Below are positions 1-14,000 of a stretch of DNA of 64,000 bases, piece after piece. A program made the position numbers and the translations under genes. The notes below the pieces were generated by a model. It searched no databases and was not told where the DNA came from. It worked only from the letters and a program-made list of their open reading frames with translations. The stretch's first letter is position 1. Each line of letters starts with the position of its first letter. Origin of the DNA: Squalus acanthias (lineage: Eukaryota); contig CM059438.1 in assembly GCA_030390025.1 (NCBI GenBank), forward strand, positions 66,528,001-66,592,000, read 5' to 3'.

Positions 1-1751
1 CCATGGCATCACCCACTATACTTGGATGATCTCCTTCTACGTTTAACAAAAACCCTTCAATTTGCTACGTGCCTGTGTCTGAGAGTAGATGTCACCTCCA
101 ACTCATAAACTCCTATTCTTGAGTAATTTTGTCTCATCGTCCTTTAGGTTTTTACAGAAGTGGCATGCTGCAAACTACTAGCACATCCTCAATCAGCCAC
201 AGAGCTTGACTGTCTTGGCTGTCGCTATGCCTGCTGTCAATAACATCCAGTGGTTGATAGGAGCCTCATGCTGCAGGGCAGTGCAGCTTCCCCTGTGGAT
301 GTCACTGTGCAAAGGCTTGCTGCATGTTCTTGGAGCAACGGTAGATATGGTGTGGAATGATTTGTGGTTGTAAGAATAAATATGAACTTAATATCGTAGT
401 TGAATAATGTGTTTGGACGTGGCTTGCTAAGAATATGCAGAACCTCTGCCAAGTTGCCTTCTCTATTTCAACAAAACATTAATAATCGAATGTCTGCTCT
501 CCGATTTTTAAACGCCCTAACTTGATAACAGCAATTCTGCTGATTTCAAAATATGACTTTAGCCCTTTATGTACAGAAACTATGCTTGACACTTGGAATA
601 TGAATGCAAACTTGTATGATTCCAGTGCCAGAATTGTTGATGAACTGACTTAAAATCTGGGAATCAAGATTGACGAGAACTTTTGGAAAAGAACGTTTTC
701 CTTCTTTTATGCCAATCTAACCTTTTACTCATTTCCTTGATTCACGGTGGTTCCAGTTGTTGGCCTTTGTATATGGGGATTGAAGTAAGACCACCAAGGC
801 AAAACCAGGACAGTTAGTGACAAATGATGCTTAAGTTTTCGTCCTCTGGGGATTTGTTGGTTAATGGACACAGAACTTAAGTCCCTAGGTTTGAATCTTA
901 AACCGTGCTGAGTTAGTTGATTGACCCGTGCATGTTCACTTGAAGGTGCATTACACCATCACAATTGCCACTGAGGGACAGTTCCTCGCCAGCTCTACTT
1001 ATGGCAATGCCAAATACAGTACCATAATGGATATGTGACTCTCCCTGTTTCAGTGTCCTCCACTTTGTTTCTCAATCATTCTGTTATTGTTGAAACAGGC
1101 TTTCTAGCTTGACATTACATAGCCTTGCGGTTGTCAAATGCCTCTCGGGTCAAATTACTTGTTGCCAACCATCACATCCATATTGGTTATTGTTCGAGCA
1201 GTTCCTCGATGGCTGAGAGTGTCACTGCGTCTTGTGTTGCTGAAATTTATAGCCTGGGAAAATCCCAATTATGATCCCTGTAAAAAGAGCAGAGCCGCGC
1301 TGCACTGTTGTTTAGATTTTGGTTTTATTATTATTTGTTCTATTTCAAGGCTGTCGCAGATTTAGTCTCTACTTGAAAAACCCCAGCTGCTCATTTTGTT
1401 CAATCTATGAAGAATGAAGGCCTTCTGTAATAATTAAAAAAACAAAACTTAAGAACTGCAGTTTAACGTATATTTTTGGGTTGCTAATCTTGCCCAGCAC
1501 AGAGGTGGATATTGACTTCACTAGCATTTTTAAGATCACTCAACCTTCAAGGGGAATTCTGGAAAATCCTTTGTTTAGGTTAATAGTTGCTTTGTTTTTT
1601 TTTATTCGTTGTTGAGGGGTTATTCTCTGGAATGACATTGACCGTATACTACACTCCAGTCATCAGGCTGCGTGAAGATGAGTCAGGAAATCTTCAAACC
1701 AGATACGTTTCATATTAGAGCTGTTCCACCATTGACAGCTCTGATAACAAT

Positions 1752-2352
1752 GGCCCATAATTTCTGACAGGAGGCTTCCTGCGTGCGGATGCCTCCTATC
1801 GGAAAAAAATCTATGCACTTACCTGAGGGCTCCCGAGGTCCGGACACTTCTGATGCTGGGCCTCTCCACAGTCCAAATGCGCAGGGCCCACGTATCCCAG
1901 GGGCGCATGCGGTTCGTAAACATCCCTGGGATCACATGGGCCAGGCCAGCCAATAGGAGAAGGGAATCTCCTTTCATACTTTTGACAGATAGACCTGTCA
2001 AAAGTAGGAATGGAGATCACCCCAAAAACACATCAAAATATTAAATATTTTTTTTTTTAAATCACCTTTTTAAAATGAGTTCTACATTAAATTAAATATT
2101 TTAAATAAACTTTTACCAGGCGTAAGATTTTTAAATGTTTTCAGCGGGCGGAGGTTCTGCAGAAAGCGGAACTCTCCGCCCGCAGAGGCCCTTCTCCAGG
2201 GCAGGCGTGCGATCTGTCAAGAGGATTCTTGACAGATCAGAAATGCCGGTTTTCAGCGCATGCGCTTCGCATGCCTGAAACCGGCATTTCAGATGTCCCT
2301 ACGGGTGTGTACACAGCTCGATCACACCCGTAGGCATCAGAAAATACGGGCC
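1752..2352. mobile_element. Non-autonomous PIF/Harbinger-type TIR element
   Basis: TIRs GGCCCATAATTTCTGA ... TCAGAAAATACGGGCC, flanks AAT/ACT, several internal subterminal palindromes. Related in reverse orientation to the element at 60646. Confidence 0.7.
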
Positions 2353-3756
2353 ACTGTAATGTTATTCAGATGGTGTTGCTGCTACTAGAAGAGAATCTCA
2401 ATGGTTGGAAGCCAACTGTTTCTCTGAGGTAGCTGTATCGCTGCTAACAAATGTAAGTGGCTGCCACTGGAAGCAATGTCCACCTTGCTTTCTGGTTGTA
2501 AGTGGATTGTGCACTCAGACTGCATGTACGGAACAGTGATCCTTTTTATTTTTTGGCTTGCTGGCCTGTAGAGTCCTTCTTCAGCAGACAGGGAAGGGTG
2601 TAGGTCGCTGTGACTCTTGGGCTGCCACTAGTGCTGTGGCATCCACCCTACAGTATGGATACAAAGTCAGGGTTCCATAGCCCCTGCACTCCTGGTGTTT
2701 TAGAGAACTGTATCTACTCGAATCAGTAGTACAATGGCAAAGAGGCATCAAACAAGGTAACTTGGCAACGAGTATGACCTTCTCAGTCTCTGTTCGAAAG
2801 TTTTTTGTGCTTACCTTTCATGCAAATAAATACTGATCCCTTGAAATCTTCAGATCTTTTATTTCCAATATCACGATGGAGAAATGTTTTAACCAGGTTG
2901 TGAGAGAGATGCAACATCTGTCGTTTGATTGATTGGGTGATTTAAATGCGACTGTTCCAAAAGGCCAGGCAGTCATCCTTGGGAATTAAGATACATCTCT
3001 GAGAAATTATATTGCATGTTTCTAAGGTTATAAAATAACTGAGGAAGACAAATGTGACTTTTCAACATGCAATTTCCTTGTTCTTTATTGCACTTTATTT
3101 CCCTTTGGTGCTATATAGTCACTGAATACAAACCTTAAACCAAAATTATAACTTCATTCATGTCTCTCTTTTTTCAGAAATCATCTTTTCTGATTGTAAA
3201 TCCACTAAATCTCTAACTATTATATTAAAATTAAAAGCTCAAACAGGGTCACTCTACCTGATTACCTTCAATATCCATATTTTGTTAAATATCACAATCC
3301 CATACATCCCTCCGACGTTTTACAAGCACCTGGAATGCGCTCAACCCCCACCTGAACCAGGTAACTATCACAGCCCCAGAGGCACAGCCAAAACTCATCA
3401 GGCACTGACACAACAAGCACGCACAGTGGTATGCACCAGTGTCGCAGCCAATGGCTGATGTCAGTTCCCAGGGTCAGCCACACCTACTCAATAAAACTCC
3501 CTCGCAACTGCAATCTGGCATGCAGGTGCCCACTTGTACACTTTATACCTTGACTGCAATCAACGTGTGGCAACCGAAGATAAATTGCAATAAAAAATTC
3601 ACAAGTAATTTGCTCATCGGTATTCATAGAAGGATTTTAATGTGCATCTTCAGTGATATGGTTGGAGTTTAGCCACTTCTGGATTCTGAATTTCTGGCTG
3701 TAAGCTAAAACATTTCACACCCTGAGAACAGACAGCTAAACCTAATGGAACACCTC

Positions 3757-3927
3757 ATTTTAAGGGGAAGCTAGATAAGTACATGAGGGAGAAAGGAATA
3801 GAAGGATTGCTGATAGGTTCAGATAGAATAGGGTGGGAGGAAGCTCGTGTGGAGCATAAACACCGGCACAGACCAGTTGGGCCAAATGGCCTGTTTCTGT
3901 GCTGTAAATTCAGTGTAACTCTATGTA
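3757..3927 (+). mobile_element. CR1-type LINE 3' fragment
   Basis: Matches the 3' end of the copy at 25490-26078 (aaggggaagctagataag...ggcctgtttctgtgctgta). Confidence 0.75.
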
Positions 3928-6077
3928 ACTTTGCCTTGCCTTGTGGCTTTGTTAGTTACAAATTTGCAGGCTGTTCTTCAATACCTGAATGCCACTTAGG
4001 ATATTCTCTCCTAAAAGGTAAGTCACTGGGGATGGAAACCAAGTGACATTTAGTGGGCTGCTGGGTTCAGCTTCAGATGAATCTCTGACTACTAATCTTC
4101 TCGTAAATTCAGCCAAGTATTTGTTATTTAAATGCTGATGGCGGGTTCATCCCGACAGTAACATGCTCCCGTGCTGCTTCAACACTTTTGGACACGCTTT
4201 CCAGATATTGCACTGTTGGAAGTGGGTGGTTTGGAGGTTGGTAAAAAAAAACAGACATGAATAATTGATGCAATATGTGATCAAACTTAGAAGATTTATA
4301 TCTTCTGCATTCTATTAGGCTAACTTGCTTAAAAGATTATTTTGAAGTGATTGTTTTTTTGAGCAGGCCAGACTCGAGTCTCGCTTGCTTTGGCTGAACT
4401 AGGATTCCTTGCTGCCACTTTCAGTCAGTAATGTGCCTGGAGGGTTGGCACAGTCATCAGATAGGGGCTTTGCTCAATCCAATCAAACGTTCTCTTGTGA
4501 CTTTCTGAGGATTTGTTTTCTGTGTGTATGTTCATCTTTTGCACTATGTTTCCCATGAATTATGCATTTGCAAGATAACTTCATTGGACCTCCTCCTCAA
4601 TACTGCCTTCTCATGCAGAGTCATCATCTTATGGTGGCTGAAATAGTCAAGTGGCAGAACTGGTGAGGAGATGCTATTTGACTGCGAGTTACTTTTATGT
4701 TCAGACGCTGCGGCGGCATATTCTGAGGTTACGCTCCTCGCTATGAGAGGACAGAAGCACGGGAGCATGTTACTGCCGCAGGTATGCTGTGATTTAAGGG
4801 TAATTTACTGAGCAATTCCCCCTTGAGTCCTCTTGCTACACTTCCCATAAGAAGACCGCAGCTCCGCTGTGAATCAGAAGCTGCAGCCCCGTGGTTCTCT
4901 GCCCCTGCAGAGTCCTCGTACTCTTTTGGACCCTCTCGGCGCTAGATCGCTAGTGCCAAGGCACCGAGACCCTCTAGAAGTCGATGTTGTCAACACACCA
5001 CACTTGAGTTGGGCGTTGATTCCGAATGAACTATTTGGAAAATTTTTTGCAGAAATTAAACAAGTAGAACACGTATAGTACAGCACAAGCTTATATACAA
5101 TGACAACAAAAAAAAGGCCTAATCCTTGAAAATGACACTCTTGCTGCTGTCAGCAATAAATGTAGTCTACTCTGGACCAACAGCCTGTGACACGCTCTAG
5201 CACTTCTTTCAGTTGCACCTCACCCGGGTCACCTGGTTTGAAATGTTTCTCATGGTCGAGTCTTTCTCTCAGGCCAAAGGCTTAAATATCCAATTAGACT
5301 TTGAACAGCTTGGAATGCATGTTGAATGTTGGATAGACATAAAATGATGAATTACAGAATTGATCATTAGTACTACCTCTGATTATCCCACCAACACAGG
5401 AAGGTGTTGTTCACACCTCTCAAACAAAACTTTCCTGATTAATTAACACATGAAAGCTGTAGGGAGGCTAAAAACCAAAATTGTTTCCTGGAAGCTCAAC
5501 AGAATGGAGCAGATGTGAGGCATGTAGCACACCGCAGGAACATAAAGTATGGAATGAGAAAAGGCCATTACCCTATTAATCCTCTATCTAGTTGACCATC
5601 TTTCATTTACACTGGCTTGGGCTTTCCCCAACCCATTTCCTCTCTTGATAGAAATGAGCAGCCACTGTTCAAAGAGAAAAATCTGTGATGTTTGTTCTTG
5701 ATAGTTCATCGGCGATGGGGAAACAGACTTTGAGATGTTGATCGAACATTACCACTTACATTATTTATGCCTGATTGCTGGCCATCCACAGATGATATTC
5801 CAATCGCCCTAGCAGAACTGGAACCGCAGTGTTCCTCGGGGAACAGTTACACTTGCACTCCAGCATCGTTACGAAGCAGGTTCCCAGGTGACTCCTAAAA
5901 TCAAAAGAACCCCTTCCGGGAGGCATTGTCACATCAATTTGAATTTGCACCAGGTGCTAGAAAACCACAAGTTAATGAGCTATATTTTGACAGCCCAACA
6001 CCTATATCTAGGGCATAATACTGATCCCTGTGGGACACCACTGCTAACCAGCCAAAGCGATTGAGTTCAGGTCCTTT

Positions 6078-6533
6078 CTACCTCTCTCTCTTCCTTTAAG
6101 ACGCTCCTTAAAACCTACCTCTTTGACCAAGCTTTTGGTCACCTGTCCTAATATCTCCATTTAGGACTGAGATGAGGAGGAATTTCTTCACCCAGAGAGT
6201 GGTGAACCTGTGGAATTCTCTACCACAGAAGGCAGTTGAGGTCAATTCATTAAATATATTCAAGAAGGAGATAGATATATTTCTTAAGGCTAAAGGGATC
6301 AAGGGATATGGGGAGAAAGCAGGGACAGGGTACTGAATTTGGATGATCAGCCATGATCTCATTAAATGGCGGAGCAGGCTCGAGGGGCCGAATGGCCTAC
6401 TCCTGCTCCTATCTTCTATGCTTCTATGCTTATGTGGCTCGGTGTCAAATTTTGTCTGACAACGAACCTGTGACGTGCCTTGAGACATTTTACTACATTA
6501 AAGGTGCTATATAAATGCAAGTTGATGTTGTTG
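6078..6533 (+). mobile_element. L2-type LINE 3' end interrupted by a CR1 3' fragment (about 6158-6428)
   Basis: The tail matches 62950-63140 and is split at aatatctcc|cttatgtggctcgg by CR1 sequence ending in ttctatgc repeats. Confidence 0.8.
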
Positions 6534-7876
6534 CATGCAGCTCCTAATGGCCATTTTCCCTCTTGTTAGAAAATAATGCGTGATAAAATTAAAAAGTAAA
6601 TACTACACCGCAAAACTCACTGTGAGATTGTGAGGCAGGGCTCTCCACAAACCAGAATGTAAGATTATCATGCATTCTCTGTTTTTCAATTTCCAGGAAT
6701 TATTAGCTTGCAGCAAGCTTGCCCACATCATCTCCAATGGAGGTTAGTAATCTCTCACAATCCTGCAAAGTAGCATTTGCTGCAAATGGGCTAACTGAAT
6801 TTGCTGCAGGGTTGTCACATTCTTTTATCAAGCGTAGTCTTTTCTGTAATGGCCTGATCACAGTGTGATGATGAATTATCGACAGTTGCTGCATCATTTG
6901 TGACACCAGTAATGGTTTTATATCTGATGGACTGATCTGTGATGGGGGAGGTGCAAGAAGCTCTGTATCTTGACTCGTAGTGTTGGTGACGGTGATTTTG
7001 AATGATGAGTGGGTCTGTGTTGCTAAGATTTGACAACAGAATGTGAAATGAGCACTTGCGTGTGTCTTTGTTGTGGCATGCATCTCATGAATTTTGAGGT
7101 AATTTGGAGATTGGTTTACAGCAGCCAGCTTTTTGTGAAGAATGTTGAAACAGGATTTTTTTAATATAATGCTATAATGTTTTTATATATTCTCATTTTC
7201 AAATGAAGGACATTGGTGCTGGGAATAGAAAACTTTCCACCTCATTTTCCCCATCCAGAGTCAGCATCAAACATTTAAAGTGAGATGTTGAGTTAAAACC
7301 CCCTCTTCACCTCTCTAGCAACCTCCAACTCAAGAAGCAACGCCCACCTCATCACAGTGACATTATCATTTCAGATCATCAGCCATCCTTATGGACTCCT
7401 GGAGTTAAATTATAAGCAGGTTTGTGTTGTGGATTCATGCCTACTGGAGACCAGGCTGAAGCTTGCTGAGCTCATTGCACTTTCAGTTAGAATCAAGTCC
7501 ATGTCGCACAGGTTGGAAGGACACAGATCAAACTGACTCCCCAACAAAGTCTGATTCTTCAATGCCATTTAACAACATTATCCTTGTGAAAGATCTTGAA
7601 CTTTTTCAGGTGCTGACATTCTTGGGGAGTGTTCAGATCTCAATCTAGATCTTCCACCTTTTTTTAATTGGGACGTACCTCCAATGGCACTGGACTTCCA
7701 TCAGCCACAGAGATTCGTCCTTGACCCCAGCTAAACCTCTGGTCTCAGAGTCATTTAACCATTAGGAATTGTGGGCGACGAAGCTTTGAAGCCTGCCACA
7801 GTGTTGGGGAGCAGGAAACTTCCGTTCTCTTTGTTAAAGGGTCGAAACATTTACAGGAACTTTCTGTTTTCCTCTT

Positions 7877-8238
7877 ACATAAGAACATAAGGAATAGGAG
7901 CAGGAGTAGGCCACTTGGCCCCTCGAGCCTGCTCCGCCATTCAATAAGATCATGGCTGATCTTGGGCTCAAAGCCACTTCCCTGCCCGCTCCCCATAACC
8001 CTTCACTCCCTTATCTTGCAAAAATCTGTCTATCTCCACCTTAAATGTATTTAATGACCCAGCCTCCACGGCTCTCTGGGGCAGATTTACGACCCTCTGA
8101 GAGAAGAAATTCCTCCTCATCTCAGTTCTAAAAGGGCGACCCTTTATTCTGAAACTATGCCCCCGAGTTCTAGATTTCCCCACAAGGGGAAACATCCTCT
8201 CTGCATCTGCCTTGTCGAGCCCCCTCAGTATCTTATAT
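7877..8238 (-). mobile_element. CR1 LINE 3' fragment
   Basis: ORF 7968-8285 YKILRGLDK..MFPLVG..RTRGHS..FRTEMRRNFFSQRVVN plus the CR1 3' UTR hairpin and tail. Confidence 0.85.
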
Positions 8239-9426
8239 GGTCCTGTGCATTCTAGCTCTGTGGGTGATTGTGGAGGCCCTACCAAGAAAAATAAATCTTG
8301 GGGGCCCCTTTTGCTGCCATAACTATGCTGGACACATTGTAAAGATGCACTTGGCGGGAAATGTGTCGGAGGACCTAGCTCCCTGATTAGCGTCTTGTTT
8401 CAATATATCTGCCCATGTATTTGACACCACTGAACTTGTGCAACAGGAAATGGGGTGGGGAGGGATGCACAACAAGATAGGACACGGCAAAGCACATCCC
8501 CAAGCAACTGTCTGTCCTGCCTGCCACAGATCTGTCAAAAATCATCGAAGGGTGGGCAGAAAATTACGGCCGTTTTGCCCAAAAATAGTGTACTTTCCAG
8601 CGGGAACACATGCAGTGATATACTGAGAATGAAGAAAGTGATGAGAAATTTCAGTTGGTACTTTGGAAAACAAACAAAAGGCATTGACAGTGAAAGGGAA
8701 GTGGATCCAGTTCTGTCAGTGAAGCACTTACTGACATAAGAGCAGACAGTTGGGCACATTAAAGGGCTTTGACCTGAACTGAAATGTTGATTCTCTGAAG
8801 GGTTTCAGGAATTAACTATATATATCTGGATTTTTTTCTACCATTTAAGAGACATTTTTTTTCAGGGTCCACTGTCGTAAAATGTTTGACAGAAGTTCCT
8901 TGCATAATTTTTGTCATAATATTCATGCATAAGAGATGTGCTGATGTGTCTCAACATGACTTAGATCATTATATTGCGTGCTTCACAAACTAGCTTTAAT
9001 GTGTTGAACAGTTTTTCATGCAATGGGATTCATACCAGGGACATACACTTTGTAAGAATTTTGATTAGAACATCCTATGGGAACTTTGCCATCTGTTGAG
9101 TTTTGGAAAAAAAATATTTTTCCTGGATGATATCAGCGGGGGAACTGGCTGGGGAGAGTTGCTGTGCCCAACTGTCTGCTGGAGACAAGCCGATACTATT
9201 TTTAACCCTGTGGGATGGCTGTAATGTTTGCCTTTCAACTGTGCTTGTTACTTAGGCTCCTTCATGTTGAATATGTCTTGAAGCTCCAAATTCATTGGAA
9301 ACCCTGCAAAGTGAATGGTGCAACACTGCTCCCAACTGAGGATCTGACACTCAGAAGAGATGGGTTTCAGCAAAGGCTCGTGCAACAGTGCCCCCGATGG
9401 CAATACATATACCAACACTAGTGGAA

Positions 9427-10307
9427 GGGGTAGAAATTAGGTCGCGCCCCATTTGGGGCGCAAATATCGTCTGGACGCAAATATTAGCGCCTGGCGCTAA
9501 TTATCGGCACTGACTGGAAACTTCACTTTTACCGCCCCGGGAGGTGAGTGGAGCGCTAAAGCAGGCGCTGCACACCTGTCTTAAGGCGCAAAGGCCAAGG
9601 AGTGAGGCGCTAACTCAGAGCGCTGGCGAAGCTCATGTAATGTCAGTCAGCAATGGAACACACACACAATGGCACGGACCAGTTCTTAAAGGGGATGGTT
9701 AATCTTGCTTTCCATCCACATCCTGTTCATTGCAGCCTTGAATCTCGGCCTGGAGAGACTTGCACATCAAATGTGCTGGAAAGAACAATGGAGAGTACCA
9801 GGCAAAGAGTTCAGAGTGCAGCTCCCACAGTCTCTGCTAAATCGATACAAGGAATGGCAAATCAAAATGAACCTGCAAAGTGCTGCTCAGTATCCAAAAC
9901 TCCTTCACACAACGTTGAATCTCTCCAGAAGTCTCTCCCTCTCTCTCTCAGAATACATAGTTCAAAAATGCCACCAACAATAAAAGACAGGAAGAGGCCC
10001 CCTTTAAATAGCGCCACCCTCAGCCCCACAGCGATTGATAGCGTTCCAGTCTTCTGGTCGTTGGATGCGCCAGGCGGCGCCACTCAATTTCCGCTCCGGG
10101 GCGCCACAAGGGCATTGCACCATGGAATGACGTCACAATCTGCGCGCGCAGGTGGTCGCAGCGGTAAGTTTTAGCGCCGCCGCACAATCTCAAGTTAAGT
10201 TCTCGAGCGGCGCAAACATCGCTGCGCCCGGGCGTTAGCGGCTTTGCGCCCCATTAGCGCCCTCTTAAGGCGCTAACGGGAGGTGCAACCAACTGAATTT
10301 TTACCCC
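9427..10307. mobile_element. Non-autonomous Harbinger-type TIR element
   Basis: TIRs GGGGTAGAAATT ... AATTTTTACCCC, exact 3-bp TSD GAA/GAA, CpG-rich subterminal GGCGCTAA repeats. Confidence 0.85.
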
Positions 10308-10316
10308 GAAGAGTTG

Positions 10317-11024
10317 GGGCTGGATTTTGATACTGGGGCGGGTTGGGGTCGTGTCATCCGCATTTCGTGTTATCCACCCGACTGCATTTGGATGTGGGAG
10401 ATTGATGCAATTTTCATTTAATTGGGCAATTGAGTTCCAGCATGTGGGAACCCATGAACTAATTAGTGGTTTCAGTCTGAAAGTCGCCTCTGATGATGTC
10501 ATCATTGCTGCAGCATTGCAGGTCAGGTCAGAGACTGCCTGGCTTTTGGTGTGAGAGGACCTGGATACAAAATGAGCAGCAGCTCTAAGGAGAGAGAGAG
10601 AGAGAGAATTTTTTTTGCGTCCTGGTCCTCTCAATGCAGCAGCATCAGAGGCGACTTTCAGACCTAATACTACTACTACATTCATCACATCTCTGTTGTA
10701 ATAGTGGACCTGCAGCTGATAGTCAGCTATCCACTTGTGCTCCCGCCAGGTTTCACTGGCGTGTTTCACATCAGGCATGCTTCACGTCGGAAAAGGGTTA
10801 AACTAGCTAAAATGTTTCAAAATGGCATTACAGAGCCAATTAGGGTTTGTTAAGGGCTTTAATGGCCTCTCCCGCCTCTTGGAGGTGGGACGGAGTCGAG
10901 AACACAACACACGATTTTATCAAAATTGCGTGGAGGCGGGATGGGGTCGGGACCCCCGAATCTGCAACTTTAACCCCCCATACGCCTCCAAACCCGACTC
11001 CATGGGTCATTGAAAATCCAGCCC
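10317..11024. mobile_element. Non-autonomous Harbinger-type TIR element
   Basis: TIRs GGGCTGGATTTT ... AAAATCCAGCCC with TSD TTG/TTG. The right end is shared with 60684-61527. Confidence 0.88.
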
Positions 11025-14000
11025 TTGATCTTTTCTAATTTCAAGCCAACTGAGTAGCTTCACTTGCAAGTAACATCCAACATGTTGGGTTTTGATAGGA
11101 TATTGTCATATATCCTTAACCTTAATACAAGTTTGAGGACTAGGAAATACTGAGACGTCTGATTAATATCTTTAATTCATCAAATGAATGATACAACCCA
11201 TAACATGCATTACTCATGAGACTGGTAATGATAGTAACTCACGTGCAACAAACTCATCGGGTGTCGTAAGCGTGTTGTCTTGACTGCTCGCGCGACCCGA
11301 ATCAATACTAGATAGAGGTTCCTGAGGGGCTTTGTTGTGTTGTATCTTTTATAGGGCTAATTACGTCCTCCTAACCTAATGCTATTATGTTAACATGTCG
11401 TACCTACATATTGTTAATAGGTGAGTTCATTAACCTATTACATCAACGCGTCAAGGGACGTTCTTTATGTCTCTACTTTCAAACCATCAGTGTAGTACCA
11501 TCGATCATTTGCTCATCGTTTTCTTTGAAAGAGAAAACATGGATATGAATTCTGGCCTTCACTTCCTTGTCTTCTTTCAGTACATCGGTATTCAGTCTTT
11601 GTATTCCCGTACAGTCTTCCCACTATCTGATTTTATGTTTTGTACATTGCTCATCATTTCCCGCAAATTGTTAGTGAGTAATGTTAAAACACCAGGCCCT
11701 GACCTTGTCCTGTCTGTGACCTCCTAAAACTACTTGCACTGCAAGTAGTTTAATGTGTGTGTGAGTTTTACATTAGGAATTGCTTATTAGGGCTTTTCTA
11801 CCTGGCCTACCTATTATACAACAATTGCAGTTTTTTGGCTGGTATGGGCCTTACCCAGGAATTGGGGCAGGTACAGTGGCCAGATATTGAAATCACAAAA
11901 TGTAGCTTGAAATGAACATTAAATGTCGGTCTCAGTGATTCTTCAAAATTCATTCCTGATAACATCAGCACCCACTCTAACACCAGAAACTACTCTTGAC
12001 ACAAACAGTGATGCATGTTTTGACTATTGTGCCAAGCAAGACAATGGAGACACAAAGATTGGGATTATTCAAAATATACCATGATGCAATAATTAATTCA
12101 CAAGTGGTTTGAGCTCTGATGGCCTTTTCACATTCTAACATAGGCTCTTAAGAATGCATCTCCTCCCATTTAACTCTTGCTGATGATGCATTATCTCCTC
12201 TGGGCAAGATTGGGCTGTCCAGTGAACTGGATGCAATACATTTCCTTGTACTGTATTATGACATACACAGAGGTGTCACAGATTGACCTGGTTGCCTTTA
12301 TGATGTAACAAGAGTGTTGCCTTTGATATTTTGGAAAAAAGAAAAACAGCCATTTGGAGCTGTTTTTCAGGCAAGCAAAGACCAGTTTTTATAAATGTGG
12401 CTCCCTCCTCCAAAGTCAACAGTAGAACATGTGAGACTCAGGAAAACAGGTAAGGTAATCTTCTTCAAGTTGTTTTTTTTTGGAAAGGAGTCCAGTGTAG
12501 ATATAATAGAGTTTATTAGGTAGAAATAAAGTAAAAGTAAAGTTAAAATAAGAAAATCAGAAGAGACATTTGAGAAGAAGGACCATGAGGGCTAGAAGAT
12601 AAGGTGGGACAAGCAGAATGTTAATTTTACTAGTATTCAGTTGTCTATGATTAACATTAGAGTATTGGCATTTCTTTACTGTAATATTGGTGCATGTTTC
12701 ACTATCCAAGTGTGTGAGCTGGAGACAATAAAAATAATGAGCATCCCTGTTATTTTTCTCCATTTGCTGGCAGTCTACTAGTTAATAGGAGAAAATTAAC
12801 AAAACACTATTAAAGCAATATGAAAGTTTCCCATGCTTGAATATTTGAGAGAGATATTGAACCTCGGCTCATTTTATTCAAATTCCTGCACTTGGTCCCT
12901 GAATGCTCGTAAAGCCTGCAAACATTTCTGTCATAAGGAGAGTCATCACTTCCAATGATTGAACCAGCCTCCATATTGTTGTTGTTGGTTTGCTTTAAAG
13001 TAGCAGAGGTGTCCAGATCTATTGGAGATGCGAATACAGGGGTTTAGAGCGTTGTTTAAAAAAAAATAATTCTTTCATTAAGTGAGGTGAAATCTGAAGT
13101 TATTTGACTTCTTGTTTTTTAAGTGAGGCGCAGAGCTGCTGATTTGGTTCCCCACATTAAATGTATGTGCTCACTGTATTAAATGACAGTGAGTAAGTAC
13201 AAGGCAGAATCGATCAAAAAATTCAATTAGAAAATCCAGTAGCCTTCCTCAGCAGCAGAACTATTAGTTTAATAAAAGTGCACCATGTGGAACATTTTTC
13301 ATCAAATGCTTTTTTATCATATTACTGCATATAAATCAATGTAAATTTGAATTGCATTTATACAGTAACCAACTAAAAATGTAATTGCAAAATTTGCTTC
13401 TCTTCAAATTTTTTTTCGAAAAGCCTCTTTGTTATTACAGAGTTTGATATTTATAAAGTGGGCCTGATTTATGCAATCACTCGGCTGCGGTATAATATCA
13501 GCAAGTTTCCCTCAGTGTGCAGCACCCCTGTAGATGTCTGAACTCCATCTCCACCAATGGAGGGTGTGCAGGGTAACGAGGGCTTTTGTTTCTGACACAT
13601 TTGGGAGAATACATGCATTTAAACCTGTAAAAAAAACTGATTTGAAGCGGATGTTATGATGAATGTCTTTGATAAACGTTTGAAGCAATCTATACGGAGG
13701 GGTATTAGAGGCTATATTGAGAGAGTTGGAGGACCAGAGCGGTGAATTTTGGACCGAACAGCCTTTCTCTTACTCTCGATTTTTCTTCTGTCACATTAGA
13801 TGATAGATGGTAGCAACTCATTAGGTAAGGTCTAGGCATGCAATATGTGTATCATGAGCCTGTCAGTTCTCACTCATTTGGAGTGAGACACAATCATTTT
13901 GGTTTAAAAATGTCAGTTATTTTGATATAGAAGTAGCTAGCTCATTGGAGAAAAAAACCCCCCACAGCTTCATGTATTTAAATGGGTTTGTGATCTGTTT

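Noticed and set aside
6697..7083. 126-aa minus ORF and a nearby strong + strand splice acceptor
   Set aside because: No recognisable domain or supporting exon chain.
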